A stretch of DNA of 64,000 bases from Eledone cirrhosa (taxonomy: Eukaryota). The position numbers were made by a program, and so were the translations under genes. Each line of letters starts with the position of its first letter. Position 1 is the stretch's first letter. A model generated the notes under the pieces. It was not told the DNA's origin. It searched no databases and worked only from the letters and a program-made list of their open reading frames with translations. The stretch is taken from the NCBI GenBank assembly GCA_964016885.1, contig OZ024743.1:295368001-295432000 (forward strand). Reading direction: 5' to 3'. This document shows, piece after piece, positions 24,004 to 37,097 of the stretch.

Positions 24004-27000
24004 TCACAACACCTCTATGTAGACCACATTTTTTGTTCTGCCTTTGGGCGCACGTATGAATAAGTTCTGCTTGCATCCCACTCTTGAGCATGCGACGTAT
24101 AATTGGCCGTGTGATAAGCACGGCTGGGCTAAATGCAGGCCTGCCGTTGATAGCGTTTGGCCTTGGGACTTGTTGATTGACATCGCGAAGCAAAGTTTAA
24201 CGGGGAATCGAAGTCGCCGCAGAGTACAGGGGCATTCTGTACCTGATGCAGTTAAAGGTATTCTGGGTATGAAGACGTTTTCTCCAGCGCCGAAGCCCGT
24301 GAGAATTGTGGCTTCAATTACATGCGGCAGGAGGTTTCTTACCACTAACCGTGTTCCGTTGCAGAGACGTAGTGGTTCCAGGTTCCGCAACAGCATGACT
24401 GGAATCCCAACTTTGACGCGCAGTTCATGGGGTGGCAGTCCAGAGAGGTCCAAGGAATTGAGGAATTCTGTTGGAAAATCGTCAACCGCATCTTTGTCCA
24501 CCACTTTGTCCACAGATTTCTAGGTACGGAGGTTTTCAGGAATGCGTTGCAGAGGTCCTCATTAATTTTGCAACTGAGACATTTTTGGGAGCCAATATGG
24601 CTCTATCGCATAGCCAACTCGTGTTTTTTAGTTGGTCGCCATATCGGGAATGACAGAGGCTGTGAGGTCGTCAACAGTGTCGACAACGATGCCTACTTGC
24701 GAGACTACCATTTCTCCAGCTGCATCTGAAGCTGCAGTGCCGTCACCAACTGTTAAGAGGTCCTTTGAGAAGTCGGCTGCTGAGTGGTCGTAGAAGCAGT
24801 TGGGCTCTCGTGTTTGTTGTGAGGGTCAGGATTGTCACTTTCTGCCACAGGTGAGATGCCCTAATGCAAGCCCCACAGTGTCGGCCCTGGTGGCTTTTGG
24901 AACAACTGGAAGAGTTTGTCGAAAATCGCCAGACAGCAGTAGAGGTACTCCTCCCATCGGCTGGTTGCGTTCCCTGATATCTCATAGGGTCCTGTCTAAC
25001 GCCTCAAGGGACCCTTTATGGGCCATTGTGCATTCGTCCCACACAATTAGGTGGCATCTTTTCAAGACTTCAGCTTTGTCAAAGTCCTTGGTGATGTTGC
25101 AGGCTATTGTGTCGTCTGAAGTCGTGTTGAATGGTAGTTTAAATGCGGAATGAGCTGTCCTACCTCCGGGCAGCAGAGTTGCGGCAATGCCAGAAGAAGC
25201 CACAGCCAGGGCGATTCCTTTCTGCTGTTGCACTTTGGCGAGGAGGAGTTTATTGATGAACGTTTTACCAGTTCCCCCTGGGGCATCCAAAAAGAAGATA
25301 CCTCCTCTCCGTTGTCGAATGGAAGTGCAAACTGTGTCATACACCCGCCGTTGGTCCTGCAACTTTTTCGGCTGTTTTCGTTGTTGAACAGTTCGATGGC
25401 GTGGACGTCGTAGGCAGTTTCCTGAATTATGCCCGTCGGAAGTTTGTCCGAGGCCGTTCGCTGAACTTTTGGCAGTCCGTAGAATGGAAGGTCATTTCCG
25501 CCGGCAGTTAGGATTTTGTCCTCGATATCAATGAGAGCTTTGTTGAAGTATTCCTCGCTGAGTCGTACGTCGGAATGAGTGAGTAGCAGTTGTCCTTGGT
25601 GTATGTAGTCATCGGAAAGGTCCTCTTTGTATTTGTCCCATAAGGATGCAGGGTCACTTAACTCGCATATCTGCAGTAGCACCGCAAACAGTTGCCGAAG
25701 AGTTCGCGCTGAGCGTATTGTAGCTGCCTCCGCCAATGTCGCATCCCACTGAGCGCCATCTTCCAGCAAACCCCGTCTAAGCCAGGCTGCGCGGAATGAA
25801 GTACAACGCTCTCTGTTGATTGTTTTCAGATCGTCGAAAGATCTCGGTCCTACCACGTCATGCAGTAGAAGGCGGAGATAAAAGCATTCCTGTTGGTTAG
25901 GATGAATGGTGTACACTCTCCCAAGGGTAGAGGACATTTTAATGTCTGTATGTCCCTCGACGGGTTGTCCTTTCACCCTTCTTAACCAAATTCTGTTGTC
26001 TGTGTTCCATGTGTAGTATGATGGCACTTGAGAGTAGAAGATCGTCTTGGTGAGGGGACCGTTTCGGCTTAACTTAAAAAAGGCCGTAAGTGTGGTGTCC
26101 TTGGGTTCCTCTGCTATCTCAGCAGCGGTGGAGGCGGTGAAGTAGACTCTTCGACCGTTTTCAAGGTGCACCGCCAACTGTTTGATTGGGGGGTAGTTAT
26201 GGTGTATTGTAAAGTGGAAGAATCGCCAGAACGCTTCATTGCTGCTGATGTATCGGCCGACCTGGTATCGAGTTACTTCGTCTCGGTTGTTCTCCATTGT
26301 AAGACCAATGGACCCCTTACTTGCAGACGTATTTTATCGATTGGACGGAGTGGCAGTATTCAACGTTAATGTGGGCGTTACAGAATTTAAGCAGAAGTGG
26401 GCAGTAGGGTACAATCCACCGGTTGTCGATGTTGTGATGTGGTGTTTTCGCAACAATTCCTCCACCCGCTGGGTTCCTGCGGCTGTATAATGGATAACCG
26501 TCGCCACCTGTCCGAGTTTCTCGGAGGAATGGCCTAGGATACCTCTTGGTGCACCTTCTTTCTTTAATGCATGGAGAATTCCTGTTGAAACCGTTTCCGC
26601 ATGGCCCATGAACCATGTGAGCAGTGACGATGTTGTGGAGTTCTCCGTCTAATTTTGGGTCGGGTATTTCTGCTGAAATGATGCTGTCAATGCTGCTTGC
26701 GTTGATTTTTGTTATCAGCCAAATGAGTAGGTGAGCGTGTGGTCGGCCTCTCTGTTGCCACTCAACGGTGTATACGTAGCACCTAACAGGTCCAAAGGCC
26801 TTGCCTGATTTTAGGAGTTCAATAAGTTTTGTCAACTTCAAGTGAAAGACTCGTGCCGTAAGTTCGTGTCTGTCTGACGCCCTTTGTCCGGGGAATAATT
26901 CCGCGGTAATTTCATTCCACTTAGAGTTGCATGTTGAAATGATGAAGAGATCCGGTCTGCCGTAGAAACGCACGTACGTCATAGCATCCTGTGTACGTTC

Positions 27001-28557
27001 ACTCGTGTATCGGGGACTCCCAATGAAGGTCGACGGAAGGATACAATGTTTTCCTAGGTTCTCTGGATCGACGTCATTCCTTACTCCATCCCGTAAGTGA
27101 ATGTAGCTGTCCGAACGAAGGCCTGATTGATTGTTCCTTATGTAGCACAGCCTTTCAGATTCCATCTTTGCGCACGCGTCTAAAGCAATCTGGTTGAAGA
27201 GTACTCTTGCACGGTGGAGTTGGTTAAAGCAGCATTCGCGGACCATGAATCGGTAGAGGAAACAGTTTTGTGGCTGTTGCACAAAGGAATTCCAAAGTGG
27301 TATCCGTCGTCACCGAATGGGAAATGTAGGGGATATTGGAATGCGTCTCGCTGATCCGTTGCAGACTATTGTCTCTACACTGAAGTATGATGTCCCGCTT
27401 GTTGTACTGTTCTCCATGAAGAAGCACAGCTATTTCATTGCACGTGGGAGTGTTAAAATGTCTGGCGTGGGTGCCTGGTGGTTTCCTCTCAGCGTCGATT
27501 ATAACAGCAAAATTTGGCAACGGAGCAGCCTCCAATGCGCATTTAAACCTGCGAATGTAGTTGTTGTTTTCGTGCAGTATTCTCTGGAGTTGCAACAGAA
27601 TTTTCATGTCTGTGCCAGGCCAAATTGAAGCGCATCGTTCCGCTTGGTCCAAATAAATAGTCAGTGACAAAGTATAGCTGTCCGTCTGTCGTGGGCAGTA
27701 GCGAACCGATTCTGTGGTAAATTTGTCTTTGAACTTTAAAGGTAGGCATGAAGCCGTCCTCGCGTATGATGTTAGCTCCGAAAGAGGTCATTTGGAAGGC
27801 AGCGTTGTATCTCCTAGAACATCGAAGGAAGTGTTCCGACTCCGCTGTGGAACCGGTCAGTAGAGACTTCAAAGGTTGTGGTAGTTTCTGTAGAGCAGGC
27901 AGTTTCACTTTGCCGTCAGAGCAGCATATCCCTGCAGTCTCCCCAGGCCATATTTTTGCCCGTCAATATTAGCAAATGACAGACATGGATCCAACCTGAA
28001 CTTCTGGCATCAGTGCATAGTTTATTGTTGGGTCATAGTGGAAAGACATATGAGACGACAGAGTGCAACTGATCCTCTGTGTACCTCGTTTAGCACTCCA
28101 GCGGAGTGCGTTGGCGTTTAGCCTTTGTAATTGAATTTGCGCAGTCTCTGATGCACGAACGGAAGCTGTTGAAGCGGCGTCCGTACGTTGTCGTCTGGAA
28201 CGCTGCCCTTCGTCCTCGGCAGCACGTGACGCAGCAGTTGAGGCGGCATCTCTTCGTCGTCGACTGTAACGGTGTTCTTCGTCCTCACCGTCACGTGGAG
28301 GCCGCATTTTTGCTTCGTCGTCGAGAATGTTGTTCATCAGTTTGCGCTGCACGTCCAACTACAGTTACAAATGCATTTCCGGAAAGGCGGATGCTCCTCT
28401 TTTTTTCTGTCTCGGTTGCCCAGGTAATTGCATTTCGAGTTGCATTTTGTGACAACCGAGTCAATTTTTCTACGGACAAATCTGTAGCTCTTCTTCGTTT
28501 GGCAGCAGAAGCAGCTTTAGTTTGGCGACTAAGTCGTGGTCTTTTTTGGGGTGGCAT
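24004..28557 (-). pseudogene. Helitron RepHel (HUH Rep plus PIF1-like helicase), multiply frameshifted
   Basis: YTVEWQQRGRPHAHLLIW (HUH), SIKYVCK, DAPGGTGKT, GRTAHS, IVWDE, LRNL..LCNGTRL, FAMSINKSQGQT, HGQLYVACSRV. Confidence 0.95.
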
Positions 28558-29000
28558 GACCGTAGATTCAAAGAATGTGTTTGGTAGCGAAAATGTTCAA
28601 ATGAACTTTGAATTAGTTTAAAGTGAGTACTATATTATAGCAGGACCGAACACGTAAATATTTATGCAGGTAATGGAGCATGAAGGGTGGAGTAGCCAAA
28701 ACTTTCAATTGAACGGAGAGTAAGTGGAAAGTGAGTACTAAGTAAGATCTATGAAGAATGCACGTCAAATAATAGGTCAAACCTGTAAGCCAAGCCTGTC
28801 TGAGTTATAGCACAAAAGAGCGTAAACGGGGGCGTTATTTTGGAGCACACTGGAAAATAAATTATCGAAATCGGACGTTCGTTAAAAAAGTTTTCTCATT
28901 AATTTTTTGTCTCATATTGAGAAAAACAAAGAAAGAAAATTACAAAAAGGACAACAATAAAATATAATGTCTTTGTTGAGAATCATGTAAATAAATGCTT

Positions 29001-29660
29001 AAATTTTGATATTTGATGTATGACGAACGAAGAGGGGGAATGATCTATTATAGAGAGAGAGGAGTTTTGTCGTTGTTCTAAACTGTAATGGTGACGGAGG
29101 CAGAAACTTTTTAAAGAGAGTTGCAAAGGAGATTGAGGGTAGTCAGAGGAATGAAGCGTGTAAGAGAGAGGGTTATCAAAGTGTGTGTCGCGTTCCTTCA
29201 GAGGCGGAGGCAGTAACCTTTTAAAGAGAGTTGCGGAAGAGATTGAGGGTAGTGAGAGGAATGAAGCGTGTAAGAGAGAGGGTTATCAAAGTTTGTGTCG
29301 CGTTCCTTCAGAGACGGATGCGGTAAAATGTAACGTTGAAAGAGCAGTATGTATTTAGTGTTATCGGCTTTTTAAATTTTGATATTTGATGTATGACGAA
29401 TGAAGAGGGGGAATGATCTATTATAGAGAGAGAGAAGTTGTGTCGTTGTTCTAAACTGTAATGGAGACGGAGGCAGTAACCTTTTAAAGAGAGTTGCGGA
29501 GGAGATTGATGGTAGTGAGAGGAACGAAGCGTGTAAGAGAGAGGGTTATCAAAGTTTGTGTCGCGTTCCTTCAGAAACGGAGGCAGTAACCTTTTAAAGA
29601 GAGTTGCGGAGGAGATTGAGGGTAGTGAGAGGAATGAAGCGTGTAAGAGAGAGGGTTACA
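29001..29660. repeat. Helitron-internal tandem repeat, 110-bp unit in a ~373-bp higher-order repeat
   Basis: g(a/g)cggaggcag at 29093 and 29203; aaattttgatatttg at 29001 and 29374. Confidence 0.85.
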
Positions 29661-30369
29661 GCATGTATTTAGTTTTATCGATTTTATTTCATAGAAGCAG
29701 GAAATGTTTGGCAAAAATAATTACGCGTTGACCTGTCCTGGTACATTTGGAGCACATTGGAAAAAAAATCATCAAAATCGGTAGAGAAATATGGAAATGC
29801 ATAAAAATCATACACACACACATATAGACATTTACCGTTTTATATATATAGAGATGATAACAACATACCTTTACCAAATTATAGCTAGTAAAATTTTGGT
29901 TTCTAATTTAGGCACAGTAATTTAGGTAAGAGTATGTTGGTTATATCCACTCTAGTATCTGACTAATAATTTATTCATGAACTATGTAAGTATGAATAGT
30001 AAAACTGGTTATGGTAGGTTTAGACTCAGAAGATAAAGAGCTATGACTGAATATTGTGACATCCTCATGAAAGAGCTATTCCAAATCACAATCGGGGAAT
30101 GACAAAAACATGTCCTCCCTCAACACTGCACTATGATGCAGATTACAAATAAAAAATAGAACGATATGATACTACGCATCGAACTTAAACACCTGTGCTG
30201 TGGAGCCAACGAGAGAACTTAGATCTTGATATGAGATCGATTTCATGATTTTATTTTGTCGTGAATTATGACACAATATTTTATTTAAATAAATTTGTTT
30301 CTTATAATTACATATTATGTATATCAATGCAGGAATAGAATCGAAGATACATTTGCTTGGCAATCAAGA

Positions 30370-31600
30370 CGTCCCCGGTGGTATTTTTAGACTAGTTAAG
30401 ACTATTAGGAAGAAATCCAGCCTGTCCCAGTGAGAGAACAGTGAATCTGTTATTAAGTTGTTCAACTCCTTCAGCACCAAAAAGGCCAAATTCACCCAGT
30501 TCGACATAGTGGAGCCTGTTGAATAAAGCATTGAAATTCGCCCCTACATACAATGATTGGAAAGTCGGATCATTACACACCGCAGGTAAACCCGCTTCTT
30601 CAGTATTGGCGTAGACTTGACAAAAAAGTCAACTACATCAGAACTATTTGATGTCTCAATGGGATTATCCAATATCGTTGATGTATGCGATTTGGTTGGA
30701 TTATACACATTAGATACGTTGTGAGTCAGATTCCCGGACTTCCACACGAGTTTATACCACGAGGACGGTCTGACACTATCGAGCTATAAATGCGGTCACA
30801 ACCGTTTTAGAAAAGACCTAATAGCTACATTTAACGATTTAGGACTTAAGATCACTGTAGCCACTAAGTTGACTAGCGCATATTATCTAGACATTAATTT
30901 AGATTTTCGCACACACACATTCGGATCTGTCCACAAAATTAATGAAAAATTAACCTATATACACAATGACATATGTCACCCAACTGCGGTCATCAGAAAC
31001 GTCCTTTAAAATATCAGTACTAGGATTTCTAACCTTTCTTCCAGCAAGACCATCTTTGACTGAGCGGCAACTTACATTGCGTTAGCCAAAAGGAGCTTCT
31101 CTAATAAAATGTCTTACTCCTCTCCTAATCCCACTGCCAGTAGAAAAAGAAGTAGGAATAAAAAAGTAATTTTGTTCTGTCCACCCTTCTCTCTCAGTGT
31201 TAGAACCAATGCAGATAGGACCTTCCTAGCAATTCTAGATAAACACTTCCCCACAGGGTATAAATACAGACTTATCTTCAATAAACACAGAGCGAAACAC
31301 GGTTATTACTGTGCTAAAAATATGTAAACCCACATCACCACCAACTCCAAGCACTCACTACCAAACGGATGTTCTTGCAGAAGGCCAGAAACATACCTCC
31401 TTGAATAACAGTATAATTCATCCGCAATAGTCTATGAGGCTGAAGTTACATTTAGACACTCGGATAAGCGATCGTCCACGAAGCTAGCAAGCCGCATATG
31501 GTCACTCAATGCAGACGTCGATTACTCCATAGAATGGAAAGGTTTGACCAAATCTAGACCATCCGGTAATTGTAATTTCTCCTGTAAATTGTCTCCAGAT
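30370..31600 (+). pseudogene. Heavily decayed Naiad-like PLE RT
   Basis: KFTQFDIVE..LNKALKFA, DVSMG..DVCDLVGLY, YLDINLD, VILFCPPFSLSVRTN..FLAILDKHFP..IFNKH. Confidence 0.85.
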
Positions 31601-31952
31601 TACGAGTCTAACTTGAGTTGTCTCCGGTGTCGATCTTTATGCGCAGTATCAAGTCAGCTGATATACACTCCCGTTCTTAGCACAACCCTTCGAGTTGAAA
31701 ATCCGTAAGGTAAAACGTGCGTCCTCGAGTGTGGTTCGCTAATTTTTGTGGAACTAACTCCATACCGAACGCGTCCTGTGGACTTAGTGCTCTACTTATG
31801 ACAGATATAACCTCCAGGTTTTTTATCACAATATATATATATATATATAAGCAAAAGGGATGTTTAATTTGTTAGTGTTTGACTATCCAGGAAAAACTTG
31901 AACCGTTAAGATCTCCTTCCTGGATATGTCAATATTTATAAAACAAACTTTG

Positions 31953-32013
31953 TATTTTATCTGATGAGAGCGTACCAAAGTTTTGGTACCCTTGAAATAT
32001 ATATAATAGAATA
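31953..32013 (+). ncRNA. Minimal HHR in a ~200-bp TA-flanked insert (31851-32057), family Q
   Basis: tattttat-CTGATGA-gagcgtacca..tggtaccctt-GAAAT-ATAT-ATA-atagaata. Confidence 0.85.
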
Positions 32014-32227
32014 AATATTGTTTTATAAATATAGTTTCCATTTATTAATATCATTGATATATATATATAGGAAAATGTTCAACACCCCGACGGCAGATCT
32101 CAAGCCGTTTCGACTGCTATTTCTGGACTAAATTAGAATTTTTAGCGTGGTATTGAGTACTCTGGTGCATTATGGTCCATCTGGTTCCTTACCACACTTC
32201 CTTCGTTATATATATATATATATATAG

Positions 32228-32262
<35 letters not shown>

Positions 32263-33081
32263 GGCATAATTTTCATTCTCTCTGATTCTACGCGTATTTC
32301 GAATTTATTGAAATATCTATTATGGCAGTACCTGCTCATACATCTGCATAAACTCTAACATGTATGCGCGGAGCCTTTTTCATTTTTTATATTTGATTTT
32401 ATGTAAAATACACTAATCTACACTAAATATAAACAGTACCACACCGCCAAATCCATCCCTAGCCAGTCAGAAGAACTTCGGATTAATGAATGGAAGCTTG
32501 GTAGAAATCCTAGTGACCACGTGAAAATCTAGTTAAGATATTTGGCGTATTTTAAAGGAAACAAATATAGGACATATTATTTGATTTGTTTATAAGAAGA
32601 TTTCGTACGTATGAATAAGTTAATAGCATTTACTTTGATGTGCTAGTGTTAGATAAGCTTTAAGTATTGAATATTTGCAATTTCTCTGTACTTCTTTCCG
32701 GTTTGATTTACTTTAAATTTCTCAAAGCCAAGAAAAACAGAATAATTAATAAGAAAAACAATAGCAGATCCCCAAAAGAAAATATGGTAAACAATCTAAA
32801 TCAGAAAATAGCAAATGGAAATATGGAACACTGAAGAAATTTTCTGAATACAATTTTATCTTTCAAATGAATATTTCCTATAATAACGAAATAGGAATAA
32901 AAACAAAATAAATAATAGTTTGAATACGCAAATAGTTTTATAGAGAAACTGACGTCTAAAAAGATGTGTATTCCTTTATTGTTTTAATCAGTTAATTACA
33001 TTAAAATGTACAAGAGATTTCAAATGCCATATGCATTTGTTCGTGAATTAAAGAACAATAAACCTTTTATAATAAAGCAAA

Positions 33082-33258
33082 TAATTGTTTCTACTTTTGG
33101 CACAAGGCCATCAATTACCCAGTGCATTACAGGTACTTTATTTTATCGACCCCGTAAGGATGAAAGGCAAAGTCAACCTCGGCGGGATTTGAACTCAGAT
33201 CGTAAAGGGACGTAACTATGCTGGAAAGCATGGTGTCTGACCCTCTACCGATACTGCG
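33082..33258 (-). mobile_element. tRNA-derived SINE
   Basis: B box ggatttgaactc on the + strand; family match. Confidence 0.85.
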
Positions 33259-34433
33259 CAAATAATGATCACTTTATAGAAATTATTAGACACCGTATTG
33301 AAGACGTATTCGTATTTAGTTCTAATATCTGAATATGCATGCATTCTCTATTTTTTTAAAATTTGTCTTTTATCGTCTTTTGCCGCCGTTAGGATAATAC
33401 CAGTTATAATATAAGGCAGGGTTTGTTTACCTAAAACGACATTATTTTAAAAGAATTTTCCCATGAATCCTAATATTTTGAACCCCCATCTCCTTAACAA
33501 ACCGGTTATATTAACTTTTCCGATTTTCATCACTATCGAAAGTTATATGCAACTGAATATTTATTTATATAAGTGTCTGTAATAAGTAAAAGAAATGATT
33601 TAGTTAATGTGATGGTTAACGCTGTTTTCTTGATACTATGTTCCAAATTTCAAATTGAATGGCAGACAGTTTTCTGTAGACGAGGTTCTAAAAAACATTT
33701 ATTGTAGATTTAGAAACGATTTTGACATTTTATGCAATTTATGTGGCAGCATCTGAAAACTTTGCTCATACATCACTGACAACCAGAACTATAGTTGGGT
33801 GTCTCCAGCGCTCCGCTGACTACAGGTTCGGAACAACTGGTCCAAGAATAGATGTAGCCGAATATTTTTTATTTTCTACAACTCTTACTCTTTCTAAAAA
33901 ATCAAAGAAAAAAGAATGATTAGTTATATTATTGTTGCGTACGAGTTGATTTCCGATATCGCCACATTTTGAATAATTAGTTGTTTCTAATTAAGACATA
34001 AGGTCATTTTAAAGGGTTTCATATATACAGTGATTACATCAGACATTAAGACTAGATCGTTATTTTATATTGTTTGATTAGGAAAGGTGAAAAAGGAATG
34101 TGTTCCCTCAATAGGTTACAGTCCCAGAACGTTACGAGCCAGAACAAATACCGAAATGCAAGGTCTCGACTCTCTAACAATTTGCAAAAAAGCATCGCCT
34201 TGCCACATTATAAATATTAAAATATTGAAATGGAGGGATTTTTGCTGTGTTACCTAGAGGAAAATGTACGGGTTGTGACGCAACACAACTAGCTAAATAG
34301 GGACCACAATGACGTAACAAACTCAACATTTTCAGGCGTACAGCTATTCTACAATACCGATCAAATGATTGAATAAAATCATATGCCAGATGTTCAATTC
34401 TTTCCTGATTATAGGGCATTTGTGATATGCATA

Positions 34434-34507
<74 letters not shown>

Positions 34508-34509
<2 letters not shown>

Positions 34510-35032
34510 TAATAATAATAATAATAAAAAGGACGATTTGTTAGGTCTTCATTACGTTTATTGAGTAGTGACGAGCGTTTCGCTATTGATCAATTCAAGG
34601 TTCAATATGTATCGACATGGCGGTGAATTGGCAGTATCGGTAGAGGGTCGGACATGCTTTCCAGCATAGTTACGTCGCCTTACGATCTGAGTTCAAATCC
34701 TGCCGAGGTTAACTTTGCCTTTCATCCTTACGGGGTCGATAAAATAAAGTACCAGTAACGTACTGGGTAATTGCTGGCCTTGTGCCAAATGTAGAAACAA
34801 ATATGTATCGACATGGCCAGACTCTGGAATCAGAAGCTCATCGGATTTCTGTTATGGTAAGCTAATCAATAGCGAAACGTGCGTCACTACTCAATAAACG
34901 CAATGGAGACCTAACAAATCGCCCTTTTTATTATTAGTATTACACTTTGTTTAGTACTACACGTATATACTTACTGGAAACTACTCATCTAGTGCTCACT
35001 CAGGTGAACCTACAGTAACTGGACGTTACAAT

Positions 35033-35035
<3 letters not shown>
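34508..35035. mobile_element. Fold-back pLTR insertion, family R (related copy 58905-59160), with split HHR 34570-34847 (-)
   Basis: 34515-34590 is inverted at 34863-34942; minus strand CCGATGA-gc...gc-GAAAC-gctc-GTC. Confidence 0.75.
34619..34800 (+). mobile_element. tRNA-derived SINE with 17-bp TSD
   Basis: A box-like tggcagtatcgg, B box gagttcaaatcc; TSD aatatgtatcgacatgg at 34604 and 34800. Confidence 0.92.
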
Positions 35036-35081
<46 letters not shown>

Positions 35082-35471
35082 TGTATGTATACGATAATAT
35101 AGCGTATGTTTAATTAAAAACATTTTGAAGACCTTGCGCTATCATTTTAATGTAGTGACTATGTCACTTACTTCTTTGTTTTGCAAAGGAAGAGGGAGAA
35201 GCTGACAGATTCTGTATACATGAATGTATGTATAGTATATTTGTATAATATAGTATGTTTAAAATGATAGCGCAAGGTCTTCAAAATGTTTTTAATTATA
35301 GTATATTACCAAATATACTATACATACATTCATCGCTATTTCAAAGCACCAATCCTAATTTTTAATCTTTGCTGGAACGGCAATCGCTCTGTATAATTAG
35401 TTCCTGATTATTACTAGAATTCTATAAGAATCCAGCCTGTATAATTTTCGGCAGAGGTCGGGGAACACGTT

Positions 35472-35512
35472 GCTCTGAGGAACAATAACAGTGTGAAATA
35501 GAATCTGTCAGC
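35472..35512 (+). ncRNA. Compact HHR in a rearranged fold-back insert (35078-35531)
   Basis: gct-CTGAGGA-aca..tgt-GAAATAG-aat-CTGTC-agc. Confidence 0.65.
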
Positions 35513-35598
35513 TTCTCTCCCTTCCTTTGCACTAGCAGCAGTGCCACTCAATTTGAAATACAATGCTAGTTCGATCAGATCTTCAGAAAATAGTTATC

Positions 35599-35636
<38 letters not shown>

Positions 35637-35643
35637 GATAACT

Positions 35644-35751
35644 AGTTTCTGAAGATCTGATCGAGCTAGCATTGTATTTCAAATTGAGAGGTACTGCTTC
35701 TAGTGTTCAGCAATTTTTAGACAACTTTATCAGAGAAACAATTGTTAGACT
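35644..35751 (+). ncRNA. HHR with long domain II in insert 35632-35957
   Basis: agttt-CTGAAGA-tctgat...atcaga-GAAAC-AATT-GTT-agact. Confidence 0.8.
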
Positions 35752-35979
35752 GTAAATAAATCCCCTATTTTGTACTCTTGACCTTTTCAATTTTATTACT
35801 CCAATATTAACTTACATAGGAATACAAGTGAAATCACAAACTCGTCATCTACGCAAACATCTTGTTGAGCCAAACAACGCCGTACGCTAAAACTATCCAT
35901 AAGAAGTATTCACAACCTCTAAATGTATTACCTATAACGATCTTTTGTTATCCCTTATATATCTACATCTATATATATA

Positions 35980-36010
<31 letters not shown>

Positions 36011-36019
36011 ATAGATATA

Positions 36020-37010
36020 CATGAACAGTATAGAAATTATTATGAGCAAGAAGCACACAGTATTTCATAATATAAAAGTGACTATAGCATCAAAATGGGA
36101 AAATAGTTAACGTAAGATGTGAGAAAAATAATTCAAACTCAATTCAAAAAGATATAGATTTAGTGAAATTCAGGGAAAAATAAAGTCTAAAATACTCATT
36201 CTTCAATTTGGTAAAACTAAAAATGCTCTGTATAGTCTTGAAAAGACAATTTCACGAAACTTTCAGTGGGGTTGGTCACGGTTCGATCCGATCATCAGCA
36301 GAGCTCAACACAATAACCAAAATCTCACTGATTATAATATGCAAAAAACGGTAATTAAAAGCAGGATAGTTCGACATCATGCGTAATTATGAAAATAAAA
36401 CGCACATGTGGAGACAGGGCTGGTGACGTCAGAATGAGACGAATGTTTGTTTACATGAAATAACAGTCAAAAATATACCGAAAAAAACTCTACAATAAGG
36501 AGTTCAACAAAAAGCAATATTATCGCGTTTTTTTTTTTAAATAAGACCGGGATTAGTCAGAAATAATTTAAGCACTCTAGGAAAGAAATCCGAGTATAAA
36601 TATAAATGAAAAGTATAGAAATTATTATGAGCAAGAAGCACACAGTATTTCATAACATATAAGGGACGATAGCGTCAAAATCGGAAAATAGTTAACGTAA
36701 GATGTGGGAAAAATAATTAACTCAATTCAAAAAGAATCAGGATATAGATTCATCCAACAGAATTAGTAAAATTCAGGGAAAAATCAATAGAGCCTTAACT
36801 CATGATAAAATAAAGTCTAAAATACTCATCCTTCAATTTGGAAAAACTACAAATGCTCTGTATAGTCTTGAAAATACTATTTCACGAAACTTTCAGTGGG
36901 GATGGTCACGGTTGGATTCGATCCTCAACAGAGCTCAACACAATAACCGAAATCTCACTGATTATAATATGCCAAAAAGAGAAATTAAAAGCAGGCTCGT
37001 TCGACATTCA
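36020..37010 (-). mobile_element. Family D partial tandem; HHRs at 36225-36304 and 36855-36934
   Basis: Reverse complement of the 2666-3750 unit; HHR spacing 630 bp; TA-flanked. Confidence 0.85.
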
Positions 37011-37016
37011 GTTTAC

Positions 37017-37097
<81 letters not shown>

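Larger units (their letters stand above)
23842..29854 (-). mobile_element. Full-length decayed Helitron
   Basis: 5' TC at 29854 and 3' CTAG at 23842, inserted between A and T; RepHel remnants inside. Confidence 0.92.

Noticed and set aside
24044-28621. Plus-strand ORFs over the Helitron
   Set aside because: Antisense shadows of RepHel with no motifs of their own.
34619-34705. tRNA gene
   Set aside because: A/B boxes belong to a SINE head; no cloverleaf, and a TSD is present.
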